DNA of 64,000 bases, from positions 124,001 through 188,000 of the forward strand of contig NZ_SBIV01000006.1 of the NCBI RefSeq assembly GCF_004765795.1, read 5' to 3'. Position numbers and translations under genes: made by a program. The notes below the pieces were generated by a model that saw nothing but the letters and a program-made list of their open reading frames with translations, searched no databases and had not been told where the DNA came from. Below are positions 31,157-41,768 of this stretch, piece by piece (position 1 is the first letter of the stretch; every line of letters begins with the position of its first letter). The DNA is from Halorussus marinus (GTDB lineage: Archaea > Halobacteriota > Halobacteria > Halobacteriales > Haladaptataceae).

Positions 31157-31687
31157 ATGGCTGAGTCGCTGGTCGCGGTCTGTGGCCTGCCGGGCGTCGG
31201 GAAGACGACGGTGGCCGAGACCGTCGCCGACCGGCTCGACGGCCGGCTCCTCCGGACCGACGTGGTCCGCAAGGAACTCCTCACCGACCCCGACTACACC
31301 GAGGAGGAGTCCCGGCTGGTGTACGACGAACTGTTCGATCGGGCCCGCGAGACCGTCGGGTCCGGCCGGAGCGTCGTGCTCGACGGCACCTTCCAGGACG
31401 CCGACCGCCGGGACCGACTCGCGACGCTCGCCGCGGACCTCGGCGCCGAGTTCCGGCTGGTGAAAGTCGAGTGTGCGGAGTCGGTGGTCCGCGACCGGAT
31501 CGAGCGCCGGGAGGGCGACGAGAGCGACGCCGACTTCGAGGTCCACCGGCTCTACCGCGAGACGTTCGACCCGCTCGCGCGCGATCACGTCACCGTGGAC
31601 AACTCCGAGGGGCTCGAAGCGACCCGCCGGCAGGTCGCCGAGCAGTTCCCCGAGCGCGCCGGGGACCCGCCGAACGCAGAGCCCTGA
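31157..31687 (+). CDS. P-loop kinase (AAA_33/gluconokinase-like)
   Basis: GLPGVGKTT, D.VRKEL, VLDGTF, SDAD. Confidence 0.88.
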   Translation: MAESLVAVCGLPGVGKTTVAETVADRLDGRLLRTDVVRKELLTDPDYTEEESRLVYDELFDRARETVGSGRSVVLDGTFQDADRRDRLATLAADLGAEFRLVKVECAESVVRDRIERREGDESDADFEVHRLYRETFDPLARDHVTVDNSEGLEATRRQVAEQFPERAGDPPNAEP

Positions 31688-31707
31688 GTCGAGGCGTCGG
31701 GCGGGCG

Positions 31708-32613
31708 CTACGAGCGCAGGCGGTCGGCGACCCGAACCCCTCGCCGGCCGAACACCGACGCGAGACACTCCCCGACGTAGTCGACCCGGTCGTCGGGGGT
31801 GTAGTAGGCCGCGCGGGCGAACGCCACGGTCGCGGCCGGCGACCAGCCCTGTTCGTCGAGTAATTTCCGGCCGATCTGGGAGTAGGTCTCCCGGACCGCG
31901 CGCCGGCGGACCTCCCGCGGGAACCGGCGGTAGATATCGTCGAAGTCGGCGATCACTCGCTTGCGACCCTCCAGATACGCCCACGACGCCGACAGCGAGG
32001 TGTCGGTCCGCCCCCGGACGATCAGGGGCTCGGCCACGAAGTCGAACCGGGTCCGGAGCGCGAGATCGATCTTGGTCGCGGTGTCGTCGGCGCCGTGGCG
32101 GTGTCCGAGCGGGAGCAGGTCCTCGACCACGTCGGCGTCGACGAGCATCGTGGAGTAGATGCAGGGAAACGTCCGCATCTCCAGGGCGTACGCCAGCACG
32201 TCGCCCCGGACCGCGGGGTTCGGCAGGACCTCGCCGCGGTCCTCGTCGTCCATCCCGCAGTAAACGACGCCGACTGGCGGGTCGAGGAGCGCGACCTGCT
32301 TGCGGAGCTTGTCGGGCGCGAGCCGGTCGTCGTCGTCGAGAAACTGGACGTACTCGCCCGAGGCGCGCTCCGCACCGAGGCTCCGGGCGGCCTGCGGTCC
32401 CTCGTCGCGGTCGGTGGACGCGTACTCGACCGCCGGGAACTCCGCGGCGACCGGCCGGGCGTGGCCGTCCTCGGCGCTGTCGACCACGATCGTCTCGACG
32501 GGCTCGTACTCCTGGGCCGCCACGCTTTCGAGGGCTTCTCGGAGCCGATCGTTCCGGTAGTAGGTCGGAACGACGACCGAGACCAGTCCCGACCCGTCTC
32601 CGTCCCTGCTCAT
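31708..32613 (-). CDS. Family 2 glycosyltransferase
   Basis: SVVVPTY, IVVD, FLDDDD. Confidence 0.9.
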   Translation of the reverse strand: MSRDGDGSGLVSVVVPTYYRNDRLREALESVAAQEYEPVETIVVDSAEDGHARPVAAEFPAVEYASTDRDEGPQAARSLGAERASGEYVQFLDDDDRLAPDKLRKQVALLDPPVGVVYCGMDDEDRGEVLPNPAVRGDVLAYALEMRTFPCIYSTMLVDADVVEDLLPLGHRHGADDTATKIDLALRTRFDFVAEPLIVRGRTDTSLSASWAYLEGRKRVIADFDDIYRRFPREVRRRAVRETYSQIGRKLLDEQGWSPAATVAFARAAYYTPDDRVDYVGECLASVFGRRGVRVADRLRS

Positions 32614-32758
32614 GGGTGGGTCAGGTACGACGCGGGGGCCCAAATCCCCACCGGCTGTCTCGGCGCGGGCGTCCGCCGCGACGGCGGCCGCCTCGCGGAC
32701 GCTCTCGGCGTCGAATCGGCCACCTTTTTATCACCGACGCGACCACCGGGCAACGAGC

Positions 32759-33511
32759 ATGGCGGTCGAGCAACTCGACGCGCCCGACCCCGACGACGTG
32801 GCGGCGGCGGTGACGGCCGCGGTCCGGGACGGCGCGGTGTTGACGGTGGCGGCGAACTGCGAGGTAACGTACGAGGGCCGCACGAGCGGCTCGCTGGGGC
32901 CGGGCGATCGGGTGCTGGTCGCCAAGCCCGACGGCACCTTCCTCGTCCACCAGCCGACCGGCCACGAACCGGTCAACTGGATGCCCGGCGGCGGGCGCGT
33001 CTCCGCGCGGGTGAGCGACGGCGATGCGGTGGTGCTCGCGCGTCGCACCAACCCCAACGAGCGCGTTGAGGCCCGCATCCACGACGCGTACGGGCTCACG
33101 CGGTTCGACGCCACCGACGGCGCGACCTACGAGGAGTCGGGCACCGAGGCCGAGATGCACGAGTACATCGAGGCCAACCCCGAGGCGCTCGAAGCGGGAC
33201 TCCGGATCGTCGAACACGAACGCGAGACAAAGTACGGCTACGTCGACTTCTTCGCCCGCGACGCTCAGGGCGACCCCGTCGTGGTGGAGGTAAAGCGCAT
33301 TCAGGCGACGCTCGACCACTTCGACCAGCTACGACGGTACGTCTCGCTGTACGAGGAGACCAACGAGGACGTTCGCGGGATGCTGGTCGCGCCCTCGGCG
33401 TCCGACCGGGTGAAGCGCGCACTCCGGGACGACGGGCTGGAGTTCGTCGGCCTCTCGGCGTTCGATACCGACGCGAAGGGGTCGGTCGAGGCGAAGCTGA
33501 CCGACTTCTGA
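32759..33511 (+). CDS. nucS: Endonuclease NucS/EndoMS
   Basis: C.V.YEGR, KPDG...VH, PVNW, D...EVKR, QL.RY. Confidence 0.93.
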   Translation: MAVEQLDAPDPDDVAAAVTAAVRDGAVLTVAANCEVTYEGRTSGSLGPGDRVLVAKPDGTFLVHQPTGHEPVNWMPGGGRVSARVSDGDAVVLARRTNPNERVEARIHDAYGLTRFDATDGATYEESGTEAEMHEYIEANPEALEAGLRIVEHERETKYGYVDFFARDAQGDPVVVEVKRIQATLDHFDQLRRYVSLYEETNEDVRGMLVAPSASDRVKRALRDDGLEFVGLSAFDTDAKGSVEAKLTDF

Positions 33512-33605
33512 GCGGCCCGCTCGCGGTCACATCACTCATGACGGAGGCGCGCGTACGGCAGGGGGATGCGAACCGTTCGACCGACGACCGCGCCTCGACG
33601 ATCAC

Positions 33606-35273
33606 ATGCCTAGCAACTGGGCCGACCTGTTTCGAGACGTCGACGGACCGATCCCGGGACTGACCCGGCGCCAGCGGCTCGTGATCGCCTACGCCGGGGT
33701 CGTCCTCGCGGTCATCGTGGCGTACAGCGTCCTCTACAACTACGGCATGCGGACCCTGGAGGGGCGAAACCACTCGCTTTTCCGGTCGTTCCAGACCGTC
33801 GTGGAGACGATGACCACGACGGGGTACGGCGCCGACTCGCCGTGGTCGTCGCCGATCATGAACGTCTACGTCGCGTTCATGCAGTTGACGGGCGTCGCGA
33901 TCGGGTTCGCGACCCTCCGGGTGCTCGTCATCCCGCTGTTCGAGCGCGCGCCCCTCGACCTCAGCGACCGGCTGACCGCGAAAGACGATCACGTCGTGAT
34001 CTGCGAGTACCGCCGGGACACCGGCGTGTTGCTCGAGGAGTTTCGCCGGCTCGGCGTCGACTACGTCCTGATCGAGTCCGACCCCGAGGAGGCCAAACGC
34101 CTCTCGGACGACGGCTATCAGGTGATCCACGGCGACCCGGAGACCCCCGAGTCGCTCGATCGCGCGATGATCGGCGACGCGAGCGCCCTCGTCGCCGACG
34201 CGGGCGACCGGAACGCGAGCGTGATCCTGACGGCTCGCAGACACGCAGACGACCTGAAAGTCGTCGCGGTCACCGACACGCCCGACCACGAGCCGGCGCT
34301 CCGGGAGGTCGGTGCCGACACGGTCCTGTCGCCCCACGCGCTCATCGGCCGGCGGCTGGGCCAGAAGGCCGGCGTGTGGGCCGAGTCGCCCGAGGCCGCC
34401 GGCGACGCCGCCGTGGGCGACCTCCGGATCCGGGAGGTGCTCGTCCGGCGCAACGGGGCGCTCGCCGGGGTCGCCATCGAGGACGTCGGGTTCGCCGGGG
34501 ACTCGGATCGCTCGCTCGTCGGGGCCTGGGTCGACGGCGAGCTCGAACTCCCCGTCGAACCCGGGACCGAGCTCACGCCGAACTCGGTGTTGATCGTGGC
34601 CGGCACCGAGGACGCGCTCGACGACCTTCAGGAGGTCGCGGCCGGCATCCGGCCGTCCCGCCGCCACTCGGCGGTGATCGTCGCGGGCGTGGGGACCGGC
34701 GGCCGGGCGGCTCGCGAGGCGCTGGCCGACGAGACGGACGTGACGACCGTCGACCGGCGGGAGGCCCGCGGCGTCGACGTCGTCGGCGACGTCTCGGACC
34801 CGCGGACGCTCGAACTCGCCGATATCGAGACGGCGAGCGCGCTCGTCGTGACCGTCGACGACGACTCGACCGCGCTCCTCGCGGTCGCGATCGCGCGCAC
34901 GCTCACCGACGACCTCGAGATCCTGGTCCGGGTCGACGACACCGCGAAGTCGCCGACCGCGTTCGACGCGGGCGCCGACTACGCGCTGTCGACCCAGCGG
35001 GTCAGCGCCCGACTGCTCGCCAGGGAGGTCCGCGGCGAGGACGTGCTCACGCCGGTCGAACAGCTCCGGCTCGTCCGGATCGACGCCGCGCCGTTCGCGG
35101 GCCGGACCCTCGGGGCGGCCCAGCCCGACCCGGCGAGCGGCTACGTCCTCGTGGGCGTCGAGCGCGGCGGCGAGCTACTGCTCGACGACGGGACGGGGAT
35201 CGCCGACGGCGACGCCGTGATCGTGGCCGGCACCGACGTGACCATCCGGGAGTTCGAGCGCGAACTCGCGTAG
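33606..35273 (+). CDS. Potassium channel with two RCK/TrkA domains
   Basis: TMTTTGYG filter flanked by two TMs; two Rossmann-like RCK modules. Confidence 0.88.
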   Translation: MPSNWADLFRDVDGPIPGLTRRQRLVIAYAGVVLAVIVAYSVLYNYGMRTLEGRNHSLFRSFQTVVETMTTTGYGADSPWSSPIMNVYVAFMQLTGVAIGFATLRVLVIPLFERAPLDLSDRLTAKDDHVVICEYRRDTGVLLEEFRRLGVDYVLIESDPEEAKRLSDDGYQVIHGDPETPESLDRAMIGDASALVADAGDRNASVILTARRHADDLKVVAVTDTPDHEPALREVGADTVLSPHALIGRRLGQKAGVWAESPEAAGDAAVGDLRIREVLVRRNGALAGVAIEDVGFAGDSDRSLVGAWVDGELELPVEPGTELTPNSVLIVAGTEDALDDLQEVAAGIRPSRRHSAVIVAGVGTGGRAAREALADETDVTTVDRREARGVDVVGDVSDPRTLELADIETASALVVTVDDDSTALLAVAIARTLTDDLEILVRVDDTAKSPTAFDAGADYALSTQRVSARLLAREVRGEDVLTPVEQLRLVRIDAAPFAGRTLGAAQPDPASGYVLVGVERGGELLLDDGTGIADGDAVIVAGTDVTIREFERELA

Positions 35274-35328
35274 CCGCCTCGGTCCGCACCAACGGCCTTA
35301 ACGCCGCGACACGCGTAGGCCGGGTCGA

Positions 35329-36318
35329 ATGACTGCTGCCATCGACGTCGAGAACCTTCAAAAGCGCTACGAGGACGTCCGGGCGCTGGACGGCGTCTCG
35401 CTGACGGTCCCCGAGGGGAGCTTCTTCGGACTGCTGGGTCCGAACGGCGCGGGCAAGACCACGTTCATCAACATCCTCGTCGGGCTCGTCCGCCGGACCG
35501 GCGGTCGGGCCGAGGTGTTCGGCCACGACGTCGAGGACGACTACCGGCGGGCCCGGGACGCGATCGGGCTCGCGCCCCAGGAGTTCAACGTCGATCGGTT
35601 CTTCCCGATCCGGGAGGTGCTCCAGCACAAGGCGGGCTACCACGGCATCCCGGAGTCGACCGCGGGCGAGCGCGCCGACGAGGTGCTCAGGCGGGTGGGG
35701 ATCTACGACAAGCGCGACACCCGGTTCGACTGGCTGTCCGGCGGGATGAAACGGCGATTCATGCTCGCACGCGCGCTGATCACCGACCCCGACCTGCTGA
35801 TCCTCGACGAGCCGACCGCGGGCGTCGACGTGCAGTTGCGCCACGACCTCTGGGACCTCATCACCGAGCTCAACGAGGGCGGGACCACCATCCTGCTCAC
35901 CACCCACTACATCGAGGAGGCCGAGCGGCTCTGTGACGAGGTCGCGATCCTCGACTCGGGGCGTCTGCTCACCGTGGCGACCCCCGAGGAGCTGATGGAC
36001 CGGGGTCCCGACCGGATCACCGTCACGCTCCGGGACGCGCCCGCGACGGTCCCCGACCTGCCGACGCTCGCGGCGGGCGAGCGCGAGGGCCGGATCGAGG
36101 CGGTCGAACTCGACGGCGACAAACTGGTCGTCACCGCCACGCGGGGCGGGCTGGTCGCGCCCGATCTGGTCCGGGCGCTCGACCGGGCGGGCCACGAGAT
36201 CGTCGACTTCGACATCTCCCGGACCTCCCTCGAAGAGGTGTTCGTGGAGATGACCCGCGAGGGCGGTGGCGACCGGACCGCAGAGCCGGTCGCGGCCGAC
36301 GGGGGTGAACTGCCGTGA
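35329..36318 (+). CDS. ABC transporter ATP-binding protein (YadG-like)
   Basis: GPNGAGKT, LSGGM, LDEPT. Confidence 0.95.
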   Translation: MTAAIDVENLQKRYEDVRALDGVSLTVPEGSFFGLLGPNGAGKTTFINILVGLVRRTGGRAEVFGHDVEDDYRRARDAIGLAPQEFNVDRFFPIREVLQHKAGYHGIPESTAGERADEVLRRVGIYDKRDTRFDWLSGGMKRRFMLARALITDPDLLILDEPTAGVDVQLRHDLWDLITELNEGGTTILLTTHYIEEAERLCDEVAILDSGRLLTVATPEELMDRGPDRITVTLRDAPATVPDLPTLAAGEREGRIEAVELDGDKLVVTATRGGLVAPDLVRALDRAGHEIVDFDISRTSLEEVFVEMTREGGGDRTAEPVAADGGELP

Positions 36319-37103
36319 GTCTGGTCTCCGGGCTGACGGGGTTCAAGACGCTCACCAAGCGCGAGATCCTGCGATTCCTCCGGCGGCCCCGCAACACGTT
36401 CGTGCCGCCGTTCGTGACCAACGTGCTCTACTTCGCGGTGTTCGGCGTCATCCTCGGCGACCGGGTGGGCGAGATCAGCCTCGCGGACGGCGACCCCGTC
36501 CCGTACATCCTGTTCATCCTGCCCGGGCTGGTGGTGCTGGGCGCCATCTCGAACGCCTTCGAGAACGCCTCGTTTTCGATCTTTCACGGCCGGTGGAACG
36601 AGTACATCGAGGAGACGCTGACGTCGCCGATGCCCTACTCCCGGATGGTCGCGGCGTACATCGTCGCGGGCGCGACCCGCGGGATCCTGGTGGGGTCGCT
36701 CATCGCGGTCATCGGCGCCTTTTTCACCTCGGTCGGGGTCGCCCGACCGCTCTACCTGCTCGCGTTCGGGCTGGTGGTGAGCCTGTTGTTTGCGAGCTTC
36801 GGCGTGGTCGTCGGGCTCTGGGCCGACGACTGGGACAACCTCACCATGATGAATCAGTTCATCGTCCGGCCGCTGGTGTTTTTCGGCGGCGTGTTCTACG
36901 CGGTCCGCGAGCTCCCGTCGCCGTACCAAGAGCTGTCGTTCCTGAACCCGATGGTGTACATGGTCAACGGCGTCCGGTACGGCTTTCTGGGCGTCTCGGA
37001 GGTCGACCCCGTCTGGTCGCTCGCGGTGCTGACGGGGCTGACCGCCGCGGTCGCCGGCCTCGACGTGGCGCTGTTCGAGCGCGGGTACGGCCTGACCGAC
37101 TGA
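36315..37103 (+). CDS. ABC-2 permease (YadH-like)
   Basis: REILRF, Six TMs, NPMVYMVNGVRYGFLG; GTGA overlap. Confidence 0.92.
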   Translation: MSLVSGLTGFKTLTKREILRFLRRPRNTFVPPFVTNVLYFAVFGVILGDRVGEISLADGDPVPYILFILPGLVVLGAISNAFENASFSIFHGRWNEYIEETLTSPMPYSRMVAAYIVAGATRGILVGSLIAVIGAFFTSVGVARPLYLLAFGLVVSLLFASFGVVVGLWADDWDNLTMMNQFIVRPLVFFGGVFYAVRELPSPYQELSFLNPMVYMVNGVRYGFLGVSEVDPVWSLAVLTGLTAAVAGLDVALFERGYGLTD

Positions 37104-37158
37104 GGGGCCGTCGTCGGCAAGCGGTGGCTCTTTGCCGGCCCGCCACGACCTCTCGGGC

Positions 37159-37764
37159 ATGTCCGACGACGAACGCGACGCTCGGGGCACCGACGGCGAC
37201 GACCGCGATAGCGCCGACGCCGCCGACCCGCTCGCGTGGGAGAGCCTCGACGCCGAGGTGGCCTACAGCTGTCCGGGGTTCGACGTCCGGCGCGAGCGAG
37301 TCAGGCTCCCCGACGGCACCGAGACCAACTACGACTACCTCGCCGAACCGCCGAGCGTAGTCGTGCTTCCGTTCACGCCCGACGGGGAGGTCGTCGTCAT
37401 CGAGGAGTGGCGACAGGCGGTCGGTCGGGTGAACCGCGGGCTCCCGGTCGGGGGCACCGAGCCCGACGACGACGATCTGTCGGCGGCGGCCCGCCGGGAA
37501 CTCCGCGAGGAGACCGGCCACGAGGCCGAGGCCGTCGAGCGCCTCACCACCGTCGAGCCCGCGAACGGGGTCGCCAACAGCGTCCTCCACTTTTTCGTCG
37601 CCCGGGGCTGTACGCCGACCGCCCAACAGGACCTCGACGCCGACGAGTCGATTCGGGTCGCGACCACGACGATGGCCGACCTCCGCGAGCACGTCGCCGC
37701 CGACGAGGTCCGGGACGGTCGGACCACGTTAGGCGTCCTCTACTACGACGCGTTCGGTGAGTGA
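37159..37764 (+). CDS. NUDIX hydrolase (ADP-ribose pyrophosphatase-like)
   Basis: G..E......AARRELREETG; LDADE. Confidence 0.9.
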   Translation: MSDDERDARGTDGDDRDSADAADPLAWESLDAEVAYSCPGFDVRRERVRLPDGTETNYDYLAEPPSVVVLPFTPDGEVVVIEEWRQAVGRVNRGLPVGGTEPDDDDLSAAARRELREETGHEAEAVERLTTVEPANGVANSVLHFFVARGCTPTAQQDLDADESIRVATTTMADLREHVAADEVRDGRTTLGVLYYDAFGE

Positions 37765-37947
37765 GGGTCGCGGCGCCGACCGCCCGACATCTCGGGGGTG
37801 TGACCGGTTCGGGCGGGTAATCAACGCCTGAACTACTTAGTCGTTAAACATATATGGGCGGGACGAATTGTTTCGAACGAGCAACTCCGCCGACGAGACC
37901 GCCCTCCACCCCGAGAGCGTCCGCGAGCGGAGTTGCAACCAACAGAT

Positions 37948-39231
37948 ATGAGATTCCGAGTACTTGCCATGATCGTGCTGGTCGTCGGCGCGGTGCCCGC
38001 CGCCACGGCGTCCGCCCCGTCGCCAGCCGACGCGACCGCCCTGAGCGACCGAGACGTATCGTCAGTCCAGGAGACCGCCTCCGAGGAGACAACGACAAAC
38101 GACTCCGAGTCGGACTCCTCGGACTACCGCAACCTCTACGTCGAGAGCGACTACGACTACCCCGACCTCAAGCCCGGCGAGTCCACCGAGTTCACCGTCA
38201 CGGTGAAGAACGGCGAGGACTCCGAGGTCGACCTCGACCCGCACGTCGTCGTGCCGCCGGTCGGCGAGAACCTCCTCAACGAGTCGTGGGTCACCATCGA
38301 GGGCGACTCGACGGTCGCGGCGGGCGGCGAGCAGGAGTTCAGCGTCACCGTCTCGGTGCCCGAGGACGCGGAGATCGGCCACTACCGCGGCCAGATCGCG
38401 TTCACCGACGAGACCGTGACCTACCCCGGTCGCCCCGAGCGTCCGGTCCACGCCGCGAGCCTCAGCGTCCGCGTCTGGCAGGAGCCGACCGTCGAGATCG
38501 TCTCCTCGACGTACCTCCGCGGACAGGTCGAAGCCGGCGACAGCGCGACCAAGCAGATCGTGATCGAGAACACCGGCGAGCAGGCGGTCCCGCTCAGCCC
38601 GCAGTTCGGCGACGAGCGCAACCGACGCTACGGCGGTAGCTCCTCGAAGATCGACCCCGCGTGGGTCGACATCGAGGCGCCGTCGAGCATCGACCCCGGC
38701 GAAACCGCGACGGTGAGCGTCACCGTCTCGCCGCCCGAGGACGCCGAGAGCATGCGCTACCGCGGCAACCTCGACCTCGGTCTGAAGGACCCGAACCGCG
38801 CCGACGACCGCGGCTACTGGCAGGAGATCAGCATGAACTTCGAGGTCTGGAACCAGCCCGAGCAGGCGTTCGAGACCTCCTTCGACGTGAGCGAGGACGC
38901 CGAGAACGTCACGCTCACGCTCTCTCCGCGCACCGCGATGTACGGGTCGAGCTCCGACGACCCCGCGAACTTCGAGGTCACCTTCGTCAAGCCCGACGGC
39001 ACGACCGTCACGGCCGAGCGCGTGCAGGTGACCGACCGCGGGTCGGTCGACCTGAGCGAGACCAACAACCCCGACGTCGAACAGCAGGGCGAGTACGGCG
39101 TCCGGAGCGGCGCACAGGAGTTCGTCTACCGGATCGACGATCCCGAAGCCGGTAGCTGGGACCTGCAGGTCATGCCCGAGAACGTGATCGGGTTCGGCTA
39201 CGAGATCGTCCGCAACGAGAGCGCAGAATAG
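37948..39231 (+). CDS. Secreted protein with tandem Ig-like domains
   Basis: Sec signal; repeated 'W V.IE...VTVS.PEDAE...YRG' units; no C-terminal anchor. Confidence 0.75.
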   Translation: MRFRVLAMIVLVVGAVPAATASAPSPADATALSDRDVSSVQETASEETTTNDSESDSSDYRNLYVESDYDYPDLKPGESTEFTVTVKNGEDSEVDLDPHVVVPPVGENLLNESWVTIEGDSTVAAGGEQEFSVTVSVPEDAEIGHYRGQIAFTDETVTYPGRPERPVHAASLSVRVWQEPTVEIVSSTYLRGQVEAGDSATKQIVIENTGEQAVPLSPQFGDERNRRYGGSSSKIDPAWVDIEAPSSIDPGETATVSVTVSPPEDAESMRYRGNLDLGLKDPNRADDRGYWQEISMNFEVWNQPEQAFETSFDVSEDAENVTLTLSPRTAMYGSSSDDPANFEVTFVKPDGTTVTAERVQVTDRGSVDLSETNNPDVEQQGEYGVRSGAQEFVYRIDDPEAGSWDLQVMPENVIGFGYEIVRNESAE

Positions 39232-39261
39232 CGGCTCCGCGGTCTTTTCTCTTCGGTGGGG

Positions 39262-39699
39262 CTACTCGCCGGTCTCGACGGTTAGCTCGTAGTCCGCGAC
39301 CGCGCGGGCGTCCTCGCCGGTCGCCGGGTAGACGAGCTCGAACGACCACGAGCCGCCGGGCGAGAGCTCCGAGACGCTCGCGTTCGCGGCGTCGAGCGCC
39401 TCGCCGTCCTCGTCTTCGAACGTCGCGGTGACGGTCGCCTCCGCCACCGTCTCCTCGGTCGGATTGTGGAGGGTCCCGACCACCCTCGCGAGCTCGCTCT
39501 CCGAGCCCTCGTTCGAGCGGACGAGGTCGTCGTTCTCCAGTTCGAGCGCCGGCTCCGGGGCGGCGGTGGTGGTCGAAGCCGTCGTCTGGGTGTCTGTCTC
39601 GGTCTCGACTTCGGTCGCGTCGCCGTCGTCGCCGAGGCGGCCGCCACAGCCGGCGAGCGCGCTCGCGCCGACGGCGCACAGGAGGGCACGGCGTCGCAT
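39262..39699 (-). CDS. Tat lipoprotein with FxLYD-like domain
   Basis: MRRRALL...LAGC lipobox; G.L.N...F.D.DG...L.PG.SW.F. Confidence 0.82.
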   Translation of the reverse strand: MRRRALLCAVGASALAGCGGRLGDDGDATEVETETDTQTTASTTTAAPEPALELENDDLVRSNEGSESELARVVGTLHNPTEETVAEATVTATFEDEDGEALDAANASVSELSPGGSWSFELVYPATGEDARAVADYELTVETGE

Positions 39700-39793
39700 A
39701 GGCGATCCAATACATCCGTCCCTCATAAGGGTTGTCGAGACGGACCGGCGGCGAACGGAACCCTTACCCGCCCGCTCGGGCTACCCGAAGCCG

Positions 39794-41269
39794 ATGACCA
39801 GAGAGCACTTCGAGATCCGCGACCAGGACGGGCTGGGTCGCATCGGCGAGCTCGCGGTCCCGCGGGCGGACGTGACCGTCGAGACGCCGGCGCTGTTGCC
39901 CGTCATCAACCCCCACCTGCGGACGGTCGAGCCCTCGCGGCTCCGGTCGGAGTTCGGCGCGGAGATACTCATCACCAACTCCTACATCTTCTACGGGAGC
40001 GACGACTACCGCCAGCGGGCGCTCGACGAGGGGCTCCACGAGGTGCTCGGATTCGACGGCGCGATCATGACCGACTCGGGGTCGTTCCAGCTGGCCGAGT
40101 ACGGCGAGATCGACGTGACGACCCCCGAGATACTCCGATTCCAGCGCGAGGTCGGGAGCGACATCGGAACCCCGGTCGACGTCCCCACGCCGCCCGACGC
40201 CCCTCGCGAGCAGGCCGACGAGGAGCTGGCGACCACTCAGGAGCGGCTCGAAGTCGCCGAGGGGGTCGACGTCGGCGAGATGCTCGTCAACGCGCCGGTT
40301 CAGGGGTCGACCTACCCCGACCTCCGCGAGCGGGCCGGTCGCCACGCCGCGGCCACCGACCTCGACGTGTTCCCGGTCGGCGCGGTGGTCCCGCTGATGA
40401 ACGACTACCGGTACGCCGACATGGTCGACGTGATCGCGGGCGCCAAGCGCGGACTGGGTCGGGACGCGCCGGTCCACCTGTTCGGCGCCGGCCACCCGAT
40501 GATGTTCGCGCTCGCGGTCGCGATGGGGTGTGACCTGTTCGATTCGGCCGCCTACGCGCTGTACGCCCGCGACGACCGGTATCTCACCGTCCGGGGGACC
40601 GAGCATCTCGACGACCTCGAGTACTTCCCGTGTTCGTGTCCGGTCTGTGCCGACCACGAACCGGCGGACCTCCGGGCGCTCGGGGACCGCGACCGCGAGC
40701 GACTGCTGGCCGAGCACAACCTCCACGTCACCTTCGAGGAGATCCGCACCATCAAGCAGGCCCTGCGGGCGGGCGATCTCCTCGAACTGGTCGAGACCCG
40801 CGCTCGGGCCCACCCCGCGATGCTCGACGGCTACCGGGCGCTGACCGACCACGCCGACCTCCTCGAACGCGAGGACTCGGCGTCGAAGGGCGCCTTTTTC
40901 TACCTCTCGGGCGAGAGCGCCCGCCGGCCCGAAGTCCTGCGCCACCGCGAGCGACTCGCGCGCCTCTCGCTCGACCCCGGCGACAGCGTCCTCCTCACGG
41001 AGGGCGGACCGAGCGACCGCTACGACGAGTCGTGGCGGGTGCTCGCACCGTTCGGACCGTTCCCGCGCCACCTCTCGGAGACCTACCCCCTGACCGCGGA
41101 GGTGCCCGAACGGATGGACGCCGAGGGACACCGGTCGGCCGCGAAGGGAGTCGCCCGACTCGCCGAGGCCAACCCCGAGACGGAGTTCACGCTCGCACAC
41201 CACGACTGGCCCGAGCGCGCGCTGGCGGCCGTTCCCGACCGCGTGGCGACCGTCGACCTCGCGGAGTGA
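39794..41269 (+). CDS. tgtA: Archaeal tRNA-guanine(15) transglycosylase
   Basis: [38 protein letters not shown]...H. Confidence 0.96.
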   Translation: MTREHFEIRDQDGLGRIGELAVPRADVTVETPALLPVINPHLRTVEPSRLRSEFGAEILITNSYIFYGSDDYRQRALDEGLHEVLGFDGAIMTDSGSFQLAEYGEIDVTTPEILRFQREVGSDIGTPVDVPTPPDAPREQADEELATTQERLEVAEGVDVGEMLVNAPVQGSTYPDLRERAGRHAAATDLDVFPVGAVVPLMNDYRYADMVDVIAGAKRGLGRDAPVHLFGAGHPMMFALAVAMGCDLFDSAAYALYARDDRYLTVRGTEHLDDLEYFPCSCPVCADHEPADLRALGDRDRERLLAEHNLHVTFEEIRTIKQALRAGDLLELVETRARAHPAMLDGYRALTDHADLLEREDSASKGAFFYLSGESARRPEVLRHRERLARLSLDPGDSVLLTEGGPSDRYDESWRVLAPFGPFPRHLSETYPLTAEVPERMDAEGHRSAAKGVARLAEANPETEFTLAHHDWPERALAAVPDRVATVDLAE

Positions 41270-41309
41270 GGCGGTCAGGACCGCCGACGGCGTCGTCGAA
41301 GGATCGTCG

Positions 41310-41657
41310 TTACTCCCCCGCAGAGCCCCCCAGAACGAAGCTGTCGATCGGCACGGCCGGCGGCTCGAAGGTGACGACGACCCCCGTCCACGCGCCCGCG
41401 ACCCCGAGGATGACGATCGCCCGGCCGAGCGCGCCGATCCCGCGGAACCACGCTCCGACGCGCCGGCCGAATCGGCTGGCCGCGACCGGTCCCGTCGCGG
41501 CCGCCCACGAGACGACCCCGATACCGAACCACACAAGCGAGACTCGTCCGGCCTCGTAGAGGTCGAAGGCTGGCGAGAGCGCGACGAGCGCCACCGTCCA
41601 CGACGGCGCCAGGCGGCGGGACTCGCCGGACCCGGCGTCGGGGCGGTTGTCGGCCAT
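41310..41657 (-). CDS. Small membrane protein, possibly frameshifted near the 3' end
   Basis: 3-4 TM helices; see finding on the G6 run. Confidence 0.6.
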   Translation of the reverse strand: MADNRPDAGSGESRRLAPSWTVALVALSPAFDLYEAGRVSLVWFGIGVVSWAAATGPVAASRFGRRVGAWFRGIGALGRAIVILGVAGAWTGVVVTFEPPAVPIDSFVLGGSAGE

Positions 41658-41768
41658 CAGATCGACCGTCGCACGTCACCGACCTAACTGTTTTGCCACG
41701 TCCCACCGGCCGTTCGACGCGCGGCGTGTCTCGCAAGATAGTTGCGTCTCGCCCCCCGACCGGACGGT

